This document shows, piece after piece, positions 1 through 8,913 of a stretch of 64,000 nt of DNA. Both the position numbers and the translations under genes were made by a program. The notes under the pieces are model-generated. The model searched no databases and was not told where the DNA came from. It saw only the letters and a list, made by a program, of their open reading frames with translations. The DNA is from Promethearchaeati archaeon (lineage in GTDB: Archaea; Asgardarchaeota; Heimdallarchaeia; Heimdallarchaeales; Heimdallarchaeaceae). The stretch's first letter is position 1. Each line of letters opens with the position of its first letter. The DNA lies in contig JABLTJ010000001.1 of the NCBI GenBank assembly GCA_013166775.1, positions 160,001-224,000 on the forward strand, written 5' to 3'.

Positions 1-232
1 ACCTGAAGAATTTTTACTTGATGATGGTGATTTTCTCTGGGAACAATACTATGAAACACAGTTCTTGGAACAGAGACTGAATACACGATTGTTTCATCGA
101 TTCATTCCAAAGTATGTAATGAAAAAAGCCAATATGGATATTGAGAAGAAATTCTCTGAAGAAGTTTTGGAAAAACCTGAAGAGACAAAAACACTTGATA
201 GTTTTTTCAAAAAGAATGCAATAGTAAAATGA
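1..232 (+). CDS. Partial (3' end) DUF4130-like DNA-metabolism protein with a C-terminal PIP-box-like motif
   Basis: Not in ORF track. Frame from base 2 reads PEEFLLDDGDFLWEQYYETQFLEQRLNTRLFHRFIPKYV...TKTLDSFFKKNAIVK*. The W..YY....E.R.N..L...FIPK pattern resembles DUF4130. Confidence 0.6.
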   Translation, partial: PEEFLLDDGDFLWEQYYETQFLEQRLNTRLFHRFIPKYVMKKANMDIEKKFSEEVLEKPEETKTLDSFFKKNAIVK

Positions 233-279
233 TTATAAGTCAGAAAGAAAACTTCAAAAGCCATAGTACGGACTGATTT

Positions 280-714
280 TTGGTTACTATGTCATCTTTT
301 GGTATATATCAAATTGGAACTGTAAAAATTGAACAAGAAGCGTGCTATATAGAGATTCATCAATCTTATCTTTCCGGGTTAAGACATATTGAGAATTTTA
401 GTCATATCTTTGTTTTATGGTGGATTTCTATGAGAGACAATCCTCAAGATAGATTACAATTATTAGCATATCCTCCAAAATTAGAGAAAGAAATAGAAAC
501 AGGGGTATTTTCATGTAGGAGTCCCTCTAGGCCAAATCCTATCGGATTGACAAAAGTTAAACTGATTAAAGTAGAAAATGACCGACTTTACATTGATAGA
601 ATTGATGCAATTGATGGAACTCCTGTAGTTGATATTAAACCATATTTGCCAGGAGACACAACTAAAGTTGCAGAATTAAGACTTCCCGAATGGTTTAATC
701 ATCTAAAAGAATAA
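280..714 (+). CDS. tsaA: tRNA (N6-threonylcarbamoyladenosine) methyltransferase TsaA/TrmO family
   Basis: FSHIFVLWW, GVFSCRSPSRPNPIGLT, IDAIDGTPVVDIKPY signatures. Confidence 0.92.
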   Translation: MVTMSSFGIYQIGTVKIEQEACYIEIHQSYLSGLRHIENFSHIFVLWWISMRDNPQDRLQLLAYPPKLEKEIETGVFSCRSPSRPNPIGLTKVKLIKVENDRLYIDRIDAIDGTPVVDIKPYLPGDTTKVAELRLPEWFNHLKE

Positions 715-812
715 ATGTGATAAACCTAATTTTTCACTTCTTTTATTTTTTTATATTTTATTTTTCCTTTATTGAAGAAAATTTTGTACTACAAAAATCA
801 AACTAGAGTATT

Positions 813-2681
813 TTAAGCAGGAACAAAGTACTTTCCTTCTGCTTTTTGCTTTTTGTCTAATTGGGAATCCTTTTTGTTAACTCTGGGTCTAAGTGTTCTT
901 GGATCTTGTCTGAAAGTTATATCCATTTTTCTAAGAAAAGCATTCATTCCATATTGCATCGACCCTATTGAACTGCTACGACCCTTTACACTAGGATGTC
1001 CATCAAAAATAATTAATCTGTCTGAAGTGAAATTAAGCATCATAACATCATGCTCTACAACCAAAGCAGGCATCTCATAGTGAGAGACAACTCTCTTAAT
1101 TACTTTCGCAACATTCACTCTATCTTCAGATGAGATATATGCTGAAGGTTCATCAAGAAGATAAAGGTGAGCTTTTCTACCCAAACAAGCTGCTATAGAT
1201 ACTTTCTGAAGTTCTCCTCCTGAAAGATCCCTTAATTGTGAATCCAATAGTTTGGAAAATTTAAGTGGTTCAATTATCTCTGTTTTATGCCAACCACTAG
1301 ATAGTATTACGGGATTTATCTTTCTTAGATATTCCTCTACTGTCTGTTCTGATTCAGTGTAAAGATATTGAGGTTTGTGACTAACCCTGAAGGAACCAAT
1401 TTTCTCTTCTTCCTCTCTTCTTTCAGAGTCTTCTTCCCTCTTTGTAGCGATATCTACTAAAAGTTCTACAGGTTCCGAAATTGTTGTTGGCTCAAGAACG
1501 CCAGCGAGCATCTTTACAAAAGTTGTTTTTCCTATTCCATTTGGTCCAATTATACCTACTACTTCTCCTTTATAGAGCTCCCCTCCTTTGGTAGATAATT
1601 CGAAACCATTGAATTTTTTTGTCATTTCACCATATCGTAGAGCTAATCTATGTGATATAGCTTTATCTTCCATGCTAGTTTTTTTGAAAATAATTGGTTG
1701 TGGTCTAAATCGCATATTTTCTGATGGAATATAGCCATCAAGAAAAACATTTATTCCTTCTCTTACAGCATGTGGATGGCTAACGATTCCATAAACTCCT
1801 GCTGCTCCATAGTAGATGAATATTTGATCACTCAGATAATCAAGCATTGCAAGATCGTGTTCGACCACAATTAATGTGTGATTAGGTGATTTCATATCGT
1901 TAAGATATTGTGAAATTTTCACTCTTTCTTGAACATCTAAGTAAGATGTAGGCTCATCAAATAAATATACCTCTGCATCACGAACAATAGTTGCTGCTAT
2001 TGCAAACCTTTGCAACTCTCCTCCACTTAGTTTCGAGATATCTCTGTCCCATACTTTTTCCAAAGAAAAAATATCCTTTACCTCATTCTTTAAACCTTTT
2101 TCATCCACTTTATTAATAAGATCAGAAACATTCCCTTTGACAATTTTAGGCAATTTATCAACATTTTGTGGTTTTAGGATAGTCCTTAATTCTTTATGTG
2201 CTAATCTCTCAAAGTAGTTTTGAATTTCCTTTCCTCTGAAATGTTCTAATATTTCATCCCATTCGGGGGGTGAATCATATTTTCCCAAATTAGGTGAGAA
2301 ATTCCCTTGTAAGATGTTTAAGGTGGTTGTTTTTCCTGAACCATTTTGTCCAACCAATCCCGTAACCTGTCCTAATTTTGGCATTGGTAATCTATGAAGT
2401 TTAAAACCATTAACGCTATACCTATGAGTTACTTCTTTATCTAGCTCTTCAGGTAAGTTGACTACAGTTATGCAATGAAAAGGGCATTTCTTAACACAAA
2501 TTCCAACACCTTCGCAGAGAGGTTCATGGATAACAGCTTTATTGCTAGGGGGTTCGAATGAGATTGTTTCTCTCCCTGCTCTGACAGTAGGACATACTTT
2601 GTAGCATAATTTTCCACATTTGTCAGGTCTGCATTTCTCTTGATTTATCACTGCAACTCTAGTCATTAAATCCATGAACAA
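813..2681 (-). CDS. rli1: Ribosome recycling ATPase ABCE1/Rli1
   Basis: N-terminal Fe-S domain (CRPDKC..C...CP, CVKKCPF), two ABC NBDs (GQNGSGKT, GPNGIGKT, LSGGELQ x2), RPRVNK.DS.LD hinge. Confidence 0.97.
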   Translation of the reverse strand: MFMDLMTRVAVINQEKCRPDKCGKLCYKVCPTVRAGRETISFEPPSNKAVIHEPLCEGVGICVKKCPFHCITVVNLPEELDKEVTHRYSVNGFKLHRLPMPKLGQVTGLVGQNGSGKTTTLNILQGNFSPNLGKYDSPPEWDEILEHFRGKEIQNYFERLAHKELRTILKPQNVDKLPKIVKGNVSDLINKVDEKGLKNEVKDIFSLEKVWDRDISKLSGGELQRFAIAATIVRDAEVYLFDEPTSYLDVQERVKISQYLNDMKSPNHTLIVVEHDLAMLDYLSDQIFIYYGAAGVYGIVSHPHAVREGINVFLDGYIPSENMRFRPQPIIFKKTSMEDKAISHRLALRYGEMTKKFNGFELSTKGGELYKGEVVGIIGPNGIGKTTFVKMLAGVLEPTTISEPVELLVDIATKREEDSERREEEEKIGSFRVSHKPQYLYTESEQTVEEYLRKINPVILSSGWHKTEIIEPLKFSKLLDSQLRDLSGGELQKVSIAACLGRKAHLYLLDEPSAYISSEDRVNVAKVIKRVVSHYEMPALVVEHDVMMLNFTSDRLIIFDGHPSVKGRSSSIGSMQYGMNAFLRKMDITFRQDPRTLRPRVNKKDSQLDKKQKAEGKYFVPA

Positions 2682-2783
2682 ATGTTAATATAAAAATCTA
2701 GAGTTGTTGAATTTAGTTATACTAGAAAAGGAATCTATAAATAGAACGCTGTGAAATACTTACAAGAAAGGTGTTAGGATATC

Positions 2784-3440
2784 ATGATAGTTCCAGATAG
2801 CGTCTTAGCAAAAGAATATAGTCTTGTGATGGAAAGAGCTTATGCATTTGAACCTATCGCAGGGGATTTAACTAAATGGAGAGGTTTTGTTCCCGCAATT
2901 TCAGATGAAGGTGAAATTTTAGTAGAAATTGAAATCTATCTAACAGATTCATTTCCAGAAACTCCACCACAAGTGAAAATTATTACCCCTATCACACATC
3001 CAAATTTAACACATGATAATTTTTTAGAAATGAGAATGCTTGCTAGATGGAGATCAAGTTATCACCTTTTTCAAGTGATTGTGGAAACAATTAGGCTATT
3101 TTCGAAAGTTCCTGCAAAAATGATTAAGACAGACGCAGAAACGATTGATCCTCAGAATCAACTTACACCCTTGACAAAACAAAAGGAACAATTGACAATT
3201 ATTCTCGAAGAAAGGAAGAGAGAATTAAACGAAATATCATCAAAAAAACCAAGCCAAGTAAGCAACAAAATATTACAACAAGAGAAACTAAAACATATTG
3301 ACGATGAAATACTGAATGTAGAAAGTGAAATCTTTGCAATAGAACAACAATTTGAAGATTATGAAATTTCTAGTATAGAATTCGCTAAGAAATTCTATAC
3401 TCTTAAGAAAAGATTATTTCTTTTAGAAGCTAAATCATAG
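2784..3440 (+). CDS. UEV (catalytically dead E2) + coiled coil + Vps23/Vps37 steadiness-box domain; ESCRT-I-like protein
   Basis: FPETPPQV..ITPITHPN E2 fold with no Cys in the whole protein; C-terminal ESEIFAIEQQFEDYEISSIEFAKKFYTLKKRLF resembles the Vps37/Vps23 head helices. Confidence 0.85.
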   Translation: MIVPDSVLAKEYSLVMERAYAFEPIAGDLTKWRGFVPAISDEGEILVEIEIYLTDSFPETPPQVKIITPITHPNLTHDNFLEMRMLARWRSSYHLFQVIVETIRLFSKVPAKMIKTDAETIDPQNQLTPLTKQKEQLTIILEERKRELNEISSKKPSQVSNKILQQEKLKHIDDEILNVESEIFAIEQQFEDYEISSIEFAKKFYTLKKRLFLLEAKS

Positions 3441-3446
3441 TTCGAT

Positions 3447-3740
3447 TCATGCAGCACTACTTTTTTCGCTTTTGGTTTTCTTTTCCGTTTTCATTAGTCT
3501 CTTAGTAATGATATACCAAACAAATAACCAAATCCCTACAAACAACAAACCCAATCCTACTTTAATAGCAGCAAGTAAGAAATTTATACCTGGTTTGGTG
3601 GGAACTTCAGGAATAATAACAATAAACGCATTAATAATAAAACAGATTCCTATAAATGAAGCAAATACAAATGCTTCAAGTCCAATGACTTTTGATATTC
3701 TACTTACGATTTTATTATATCTCATTATATCACCAACCAT
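3447..3740 (-). CDS. Small two-TM membrane protein
   Basis: Two hydrophobic segments and a basic tail; overlaps the stop of the upstream GPT gene. Confidence 0.65.
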   Translation of the reverse strand: MVGDIMRYNKIVSRISKVIGLEAFVFASFIGICFIINAFIVIIPEVPTKPGINFLLAAIKVGLGLLFVGIWLFVWYIITKRLMKTEKKTKSEKSSAA

Positions 3741-4753
3741 ATCAGAACCGCTGTTATTAAAGCGAATATCCCACTAATAAAGGTGAGAATACTGAAGCTT
3801 TTAACAACATCTTTCTCATGTAGAGGTTCTTTTTGAATAACCAATCCAACAAGTGTGATAGGAGCTTTCGAATCTCCTGTGGATTGTATTTTCCAATCAT
3901 CAGTCATTTTTGTAGGCCTTGCCATGTCTCTTCTTTCCATCAACCCTCTAACACTACTAATTATACCGAAAGAATTCATAATAAAAGGTATCATAGCAAT
4001 AATCACAACTACTTCAAGCTGTCCAAGTACTGCTATAACTCCTAGTGATGCACCAACTGCTAAACTCCCTGTATCGCCAGCAAAAACTTTGGCTGGATAA
4101 CGGTTGAAAAACCAGAACGCAATTAAAGTTGCTATCATCATTAAGATGAAAACATAAGTCAAATCAAGATTTTGGATTCCCCCTCTAAAAATTATCATAT
4201 TGGCAAAGAATACTGCTACTAGTACTAAAATAGTAGCTAATGCCATTGAGCCATTGAATACATCTAACATATTAACTGCATTTGAAGGAACAGCTATGAT
4301 GAAAGGTAATAGTACATAGTATACTATTGTCAATCTTGTTTTTCCTACAAATGGTAAGATGGGTTCTGGTGAAAACATTCCTGATGCAATAATTGGTATA
4401 GCTGCTAATAGAAGCAATAACGGTTTTAGTATTGCACTAAGTTTAATTATATCATCAATGATTCCTATGATTCCTGCTATCATTACTGTTATACAGAATA
4501 TTCCTATTTTGAGTCTATCTGCGTTATTATCAACCAACAGGATTCCTACTATGGATGTAAGAATTATGGATAAGAGAATTATTATTCCACCCATTTCTGC
4601 TACTTTCGGTTTACTCTTTTTATGAATATCAATTCCAAAAATCCCTTTCTTTAGCATAAACCTTATGTGAAAAGGTAATCCAATGAATGTGAGAATTAAA
4701 GGCATAAAAAATGTTACAACATAGATTGCAATAGGAGGAATTGAAATTGCCAT
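3725..4753 (-). CDS. aglH: UDP-GlcNAc:dolichyl-phosphate GlcNAc-1-phosphotransferase (GPT/Alg7/AglH, glycosyltransferase family 4)
   Basis: GIDIHK, EMGG, GIIDD, NAVNMLDVFNG, FNRYPAKVFAGDTG motifs; multiple TM helices. Confidence 0.9.
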   Translation of the reverse strand: MAISIPPIAIYVVTFFMPLILTFIGLPFHIRFMLKKGIFGIDIHKKSKPKVAEMGGIIILLSIILTSIVGILLVDNNADRLKIGIFCITVMIAGIIGIIDDIIKLSAILKPLLLLLAAIPIIASGMFSPEPILPFVGKTRLTIVYYVLLPFIIAVPSNAVNMLDVFNGSMALATILVLVAVFFANMIIFRGGIQNLDLTYVFILMMIATLIAFWFFNRYPAKVFAGDTGSLAVGASLGVIAVLGQLEVVVIIAMIPFIMNSFGIISSVRGLMERRDMARPTKMTDDWKIQSTGDSKAPITLVGLVIQKEPLHEKDVVKSFSILTFISGIFALITAVLIWLVI

Positions 4754-4801
4754 TAAGCGAATCTTTGAGAACTATATTTGAAATTTCCGATTGTTGGAAC
4801 T

Positions 4802-5659
4802 TTAAAGATCTTCTAGTTTCTTCAAAGCTTTAAGAAGTTCTGCTTTATCACCGCTAACCGCTTCACCAAAAATCTCCGCTGATTTTCCTTCTTCTGGTAC
4901 TGTGGGTTCTTCTTCAGTCTTAAGAACGGAAGGTTGAATTTCTGCAGCATCTGTGGTTACTTCTTTCTTTGGAGGCATAGGTATGCTTCCACTTACCTGT
5001 TTAGAAATGGGGCTTACGTCTCTTTCAACCGCTTCTGTGACTTGTGTTGCAGGTTTAGGCGCAGGTGGTGGTGGTGCTGGGACTTCAGTAGGGGTGACAG
5101 TAGGTGCAACCTTAGGAAGTTCTACTTCCTCAATTTTCTGTGTTGGAGGTGCTGAAGGAATTTCTGCGCTTGGAACTGGAATAGATTCAGGTATAGGTGG
5201 TACGGGAATTGATGTTATTTCCTTCTCAGGAGCTTCTGTAGGAATTTCAAATTCAGCAACTGCTTCTGCTTCTTCGATTGCTGGAACAGGTTCCGGTGCT
5301 ACCGACGGAGCTTCTGCAGCTATATCCTTTATTGCTTGAACATCTGTAGGTTCCACTACAGTTTCATCCTGAACACTTTTTGTTGCTTCTATTAGCAGTA
5401 TTCGTTCATTTAAGCTATCCATTCTTTTTGTTAATTGTTCTATTTTGTTAACTAAACCTGTTGCATCTGCTGGTACAGCTTGAGTAGATGTACTTTGTCC
5501 AGCTTGAGCTTCTAGTATGTCCAATCTTTCCTTTAATGATACTACGACATTATCGTAATCTTTGAAACGATCTTGAACTGCTGAAACAATGCTTTCAACC
5601 ATGTTCTTTACCATGTTAATGGATCCAACAAGTGATTTGAATTCATCTTTCTTTGACAT
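4802..5659 (-). CDS. Coiled-coil + Pro/Glu-rich low-complexity protein with PSAPP motif and amphipathic C-terminal helix
   Basis: Likely start MSKKDEF (ATG 5659); N-terminal heptads; PAPPPPAP and IPSAPPT; ends DKAELLKALKKLEDL. Confidence 0.75.
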   Translation of the reverse strand: MSKKDEFKSLVGSINMVKNMVESIVSAVQDRFKDYDNVVVSLKERLDILEAQAGQSTSTQAVPADATGLVNKIEQLTKRMDSLNERILLIEATKSVQDETVVEPTDVQAIKDIAAEAPSVAPEPVPAIEEAEAVAEFEIPTEAPEKEITSIPVPPIPESIPVPSAEIPSAPPTQKIEEVELPKVAPTVTPTEVPAPPPPAPKPATQVTEAVERDVSPISKQVSGSIPMPPKKEVTTDAAEIQPSVLKTEEEPTVPEEGKSAEIFGEAVSGDKAELLKALKKLEDL

Positions 5660-5728
5660 CTTGAATCTACACCTTACTATTATAATATGAGAATATAAAA
5701 TCATTGCTAAAGGCTAGAAAGCGATTTC

Positions 5729-6256
5729 TCATGATCTCAGATTGTCCTTAATCTGTTTCGAGATTATTTGTTGTATCCAATCGCGATTTGTTCTATCAAT
5801 GTTGTAAAGTTTTACATCTGATCTGGTTTTGATTTCCTTTGTAAAAGAATTATCTCTCATCATAATTGTTCCAAACACTTTTTGTTCTTCTAAGCTATTT
5901 AACAAGAATTTTTTAAAATTCAGTGAGAACAATTCCATTTTACCAATTTCATCTATAACAATCATACTATAAGATTTCTTTCTGCCTTCTTCTTCCAAAA
6001 TCTCAACAATAAAATCAACATTCTCCACAAAAACACAATATTTTCCTACTTTATGTTTGCAAATTTTTTCTTCTTTTGATGCTAATAACTTACTTACTCC
6101 AGTTAAAGTTTCAATAGTAAATCCGTGTCGACTACTCCCTTCTCGTAACTCTTTTGTCACAAATCCAATTGCACTTATTTTAAGTGCTTTCAAGATTTGA
6201 GTTATGAGAGTAGTTTTTCCGATCCCTGGTAAACCAGTAATTAGAATATTGTTCAT
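5729..6256 (-). CDS. Nucleoside-triphosphatase THEP1/NTPCR family
   Basis: ITGLPGIGKTT, GFVTKELRE, IVIDEIGKMEL. Confidence 0.92.
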   Translation of the reverse strand: MNNILITGLPGIGKTTLITQILKALKISAIGFVTKELREGSSRHGFTIETLTGVSKLLASKEEKICKHKVGKYCVFVENVDFIVEILEEEGRKKSYSMIVIDEIGKMELFSLNFKKFLLNSLEEQKVFGTIMMRDNSFTKEIKTRSDVKLYNIDRTNRDWIQQIISKQIKDNLRS

Positions 6257-6378
6257 AAGTTATCCACGCCAGTATTGTGATTCTTTAAGAATTTCTTTAT
6301 CTCAAACTTAAAAAGTCTTATAAATCTGGCACTTTAACTATCAATAAAACTGAACAATATTTACTAAATTACAAAAGT

Positions 6379-7134
6379 GTGATTGCTATGGTACGAGATC
6401 ATGGCGCTATGACCGGAGACAAAAGAATTGATTTAAAAGGTAAGTCTCTTGTCCGATACCAAGCGCATGGAAGAAGATTTGAATTGCTGGTTAATCCAGA
6501 ATCAGCTTGGTTATTTTTGCAGGGAGAAGAAGTGAATCCCGATGATATTTTTGATACATTTCAAGTTTATGAAAATGTTTCTCGTGGTCACAGAGCTTCT
6601 GAAGATGATGTTATAGCTGTATTCGGGGAAGAAGCAAGTGAAAGAGATATTGCTTTACGCATCTTAAAAGATGGTCAGCTTCAATTAACTGCTGAGCAAA
6701 GAAATGAAATACTGAAGGAAAAACGAGCAGAGATTGTTAATTTTATTCATATTCACTGTATTAATCCCAGAGAAAATACTCCTATACCTAAAGATAGGAT
6801 TGATAATGCAATAATGGATTTGGGAGTTAATATTGATTATAAAGAAGAAATTAAAATACAGGCTTTAGAAATTATTGATTTACTTAAACCAATTATGCCT
6901 ATCAGGCTTGAATCAGTAAAATTAGCTGTGAAAATTCCTCCAAGTTTTACGGGATCATTATATGGTTTCGTTCTTTCATCCGGAAATCTAGTTCAAGAAG
7001 AATGGTTATCTGATGGTAGTTTGGCTGTTTTGGTTCAAATACCTTCTGGAACACAAGCAGATTTTTTGGAACAAATAACTTCTCGTACAAAAGGTAAAGC
7101 ACAGATTAAAGTGTTAGAAAGATTGTCAGAATAA
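6379..7134 (+). CDS. sbds: Ribosome maturation factor SBDS/Sdo1
   Basis: G.RFELLV.P, GQLQLTAEQR, INPRENTPIP..RI..A; position in exosome operon. Confidence 0.95.
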   Translation: MIAMVRDHGAMTGDKRIDLKGKSLVRYQAHGRRFELLVNPESAWLFLQGEEVNPDDIFDTFQVYENVSRGHRASEDDVIAVFGEEASERDIALRILKDGQLQLTAEQRNEILKEKRAEIVNFIHIHCINPRENTPIPKDRIDNAIMDLGVNIDYKEEIKIQALEIIDLLKPIMPIRLESVKLAVKIPPSFTGSLYGFVLSSGNLVQEEWLSDGSLAVLVQIPSGTQADFLEQITSRTKGKAQIKVLERLSE

Positions 7135-7153
7135 ATTTTAAAGGTCGAGAAAA

Positions 7154-7855
7154 ATGTCCAAAATAGCATTAGAAAACCATGCAATTGTTATCCCTGGTGA
7201 TATATTAGCTGAGGGAAATGTACGATATGGAGAGGGAATCATAAAGAGGGGAGACTACTACTATTCAACTGTTGTCGGTCTTTTTCAAGATAAAGGAGAT
7301 TTTATTCAAGTAAAATCCTTGAAAGGAAAATATGTTCCCAGATCTGGAGATTTGGTAATTGGAAAAATAATTGAAGTTGGATTAACAAATTGGATAATTG
7401 ATATAGGTTCTCCTTATTTTGCTGTTTTACTAGCAAACAACGCAACTGAAAAGAAATTTGATCCAGTAAAAGATGATGCAAGAAGAATCTTCAATGTCGG
7501 TGATATAATTCTTACCAAAATAGTTAGTTTCGATAGAACCAGAGATCCGCAAGTTATTACAAACGAAAGAGGACTCGGAAAATTGAGAGGTGGCAGAATT
7601 ATTGAAATTGAAGCAGCACACATTCCTCGAGTAATAGGAAAGAAAGGTACAATGATAAACATGGTAAAAAGATTAACTAGAACACAGATTATAACTGGTC
7701 AAAATGGAAGAATCTGGATTCAAGGTAAGAAAAAAGAAGACGAACTGAAAGCAATAGAATCAATAAAGAAAATAGAATTAGAAGCCCATACTCAAGGGTT
7801 AACCGATAGAATTCGAGACATGTTATCGGAAAATAATAACAATGAAATTAGGTGA
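7154..7855 (+). CDS. rrp4: Exosome RNA-binding subunit Rrp4
   Basis: S1 (YVPRSGDLVIGKI) + KH (PRVIGKKG, GQNGRIWI), EAHTQGLTDRI. Confidence 0.96.
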   Translation: MSKIALENHAIVIPGDILAEGNVRYGEGIIKRGDYYYSTVVGLFQDKGDFIQVKSLKGKYVPRSGDLVIGKIIEVGLTNWIIDIGSPYFAVLLANNATEKKFDPVKDDARRIFNVGDIILTKIVSFDRTRDPQVITNERGLGKLRGGRIIEIEAAHIPRVIGKKGTMINMVKRLTRTQIITGQNGRIWIQGKKKEDELKAIESIKKIELEAHTQGLTDRIRDMLSENNNNEIR

Positions 7856-8913
7856 AATTTATGGCAGGAGACGGAACAGTTCAACTAATAGATGAAAAAG
7901 GAAAGAGACTTGATGGTCGAAATTTCGATGAACTCAGACCAATAAGTATCAAAATAGGCGTATTAGAAAATGCGGATGGTTCTGCAGAAATCCGCATGGG
8001 AAATAATATTATTATCGCTGCAGTTTATGGACCAAGGGAACTTCATCCAAAACACCGCGCTCTTCCTGATAGAGCATTAATTCAGTGTTTTTATAGGATG
8101 TCAACTTTCTCTGTTAATGATAGAAAAAGCCCTGCTCCATCTAGAAGAGAAAAAGAAATATCAATGATTATCAGTAACGCACTCACTTCCGTAGTGTTTA
8201 CAGAAAAATATCCCAGAACAACAATTGATGTCTACCTACAAGTGTTACAGGCAGATGGAGGCACCAGGTGTGCAAGTTTAACTGCTGCATCTGTGGCACT
8301 TGCTGATGCAGGGATCCCAATGAGGGGATTGATTGCATCCGTAGCTGGTGGTTTAATTAATGATAAGGTTGTACTTGATCTTTATGATATAGAAGATCAA
8401 AAGGGTTCTGGGGATGTACCACTTGGTTATTGCCCAGTTTTAGATGAGATATCACTAGTCCAATTGGATGGTGTATTTACTTTAGAACAATTTGAAGAAT
8501 GTTTAAAACTTTCAATCAAAGGTGCTACTGAAATTTACGATATTCAAAAGAAAGCACTACAAGACAAATACGCGGCAATACGAGCTGATGTATCTGTAGA
8601 TGCAAAGGAGACAAAAAAAGAAGTTAAACCCAAAGAGGAACCTAAAGCTGAAATCAAGGAAGAATCCCAAGCGGTTAAAGAAGAACCCAAGGAAGCAATT
8701 AAAGTGGCTCCTAAACCTGAAATCAAAGCTAAACCCAAAGAGGAACCTAAAACTGAAGTCAAAGAAGAACCCCAAGCGGTTAAAGAAGAACCCAAGGAAG
8801 CAGTTAAAGTAGCTCCTAAACCTGAAATCAAAGCTAAACCCAAAGAAGAACCTAAAGCTGAAGTCAAGGAAGAACCCCAACCTGAGATTAAAGACGAAAA
8901 GGAGGCTAAATAG
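7852..8913 (+). CDS. rrp41: Exosome catalytic subunit Rrp41 with long K/E/P-rich repeat tail
   Basis: RLDGR..DELRP, AAVYGPRE, ADGGTRCA phosphate-binding motif; ~110-aa C-terminal extension. Confidence 0.96.
   Translation: MKFMAGDGTVQLIDEKGKRLDGRNFDELRPISIKIGVLENADGSAEIRMGNNIIIAAVYGPRELHPKHRALPDRALIQCFYRMSTFSVNDRKSPAPSRREKEISMIISNALTSVVFTEKYPRTTIDVYLQVLQADGGTRCASLTAASVALADAGIPMRGLIASVAGGLINDKVVLDLYDIEDQKGSGDVPLGYCPVLDEISLVQLDGVFTLEQFEECLKLSIKGATEIYDIQKKALQDKYAAIRADVSVDAKETKKEVKPKEEPKAEIKEESQAVKEEPKEAIKVAPKPEIKAKPKEEPKTEVKEEPQAVKEEPKEAVKVAPKPEIKAKPKEEPKAEVKEEPQPEIKDEKEAK
8626..8880 (+). repeat. Tandem 105-bp coding repeat, about 2.4 copies (KPKEEPKAEIKEESQAVKEEPKEAIKVAPKPEIKA)
   Basis: Units start at 8626, 8731 and 8836 with aaacccaaagaRgaacctaaa; few substitutions between copies. 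Confidence 0.95.

Noticed and set aside
8544-8880. Repetitive alternative-frame ORFs, and CRISPR-like appearance of the repeat
   Set aside because: Shadows of the Rrp41 coding repeat; units are contiguous with no unique spacers. No CRISPR array or cas operon seen; the Cas4-like motifs belong to Dna2.
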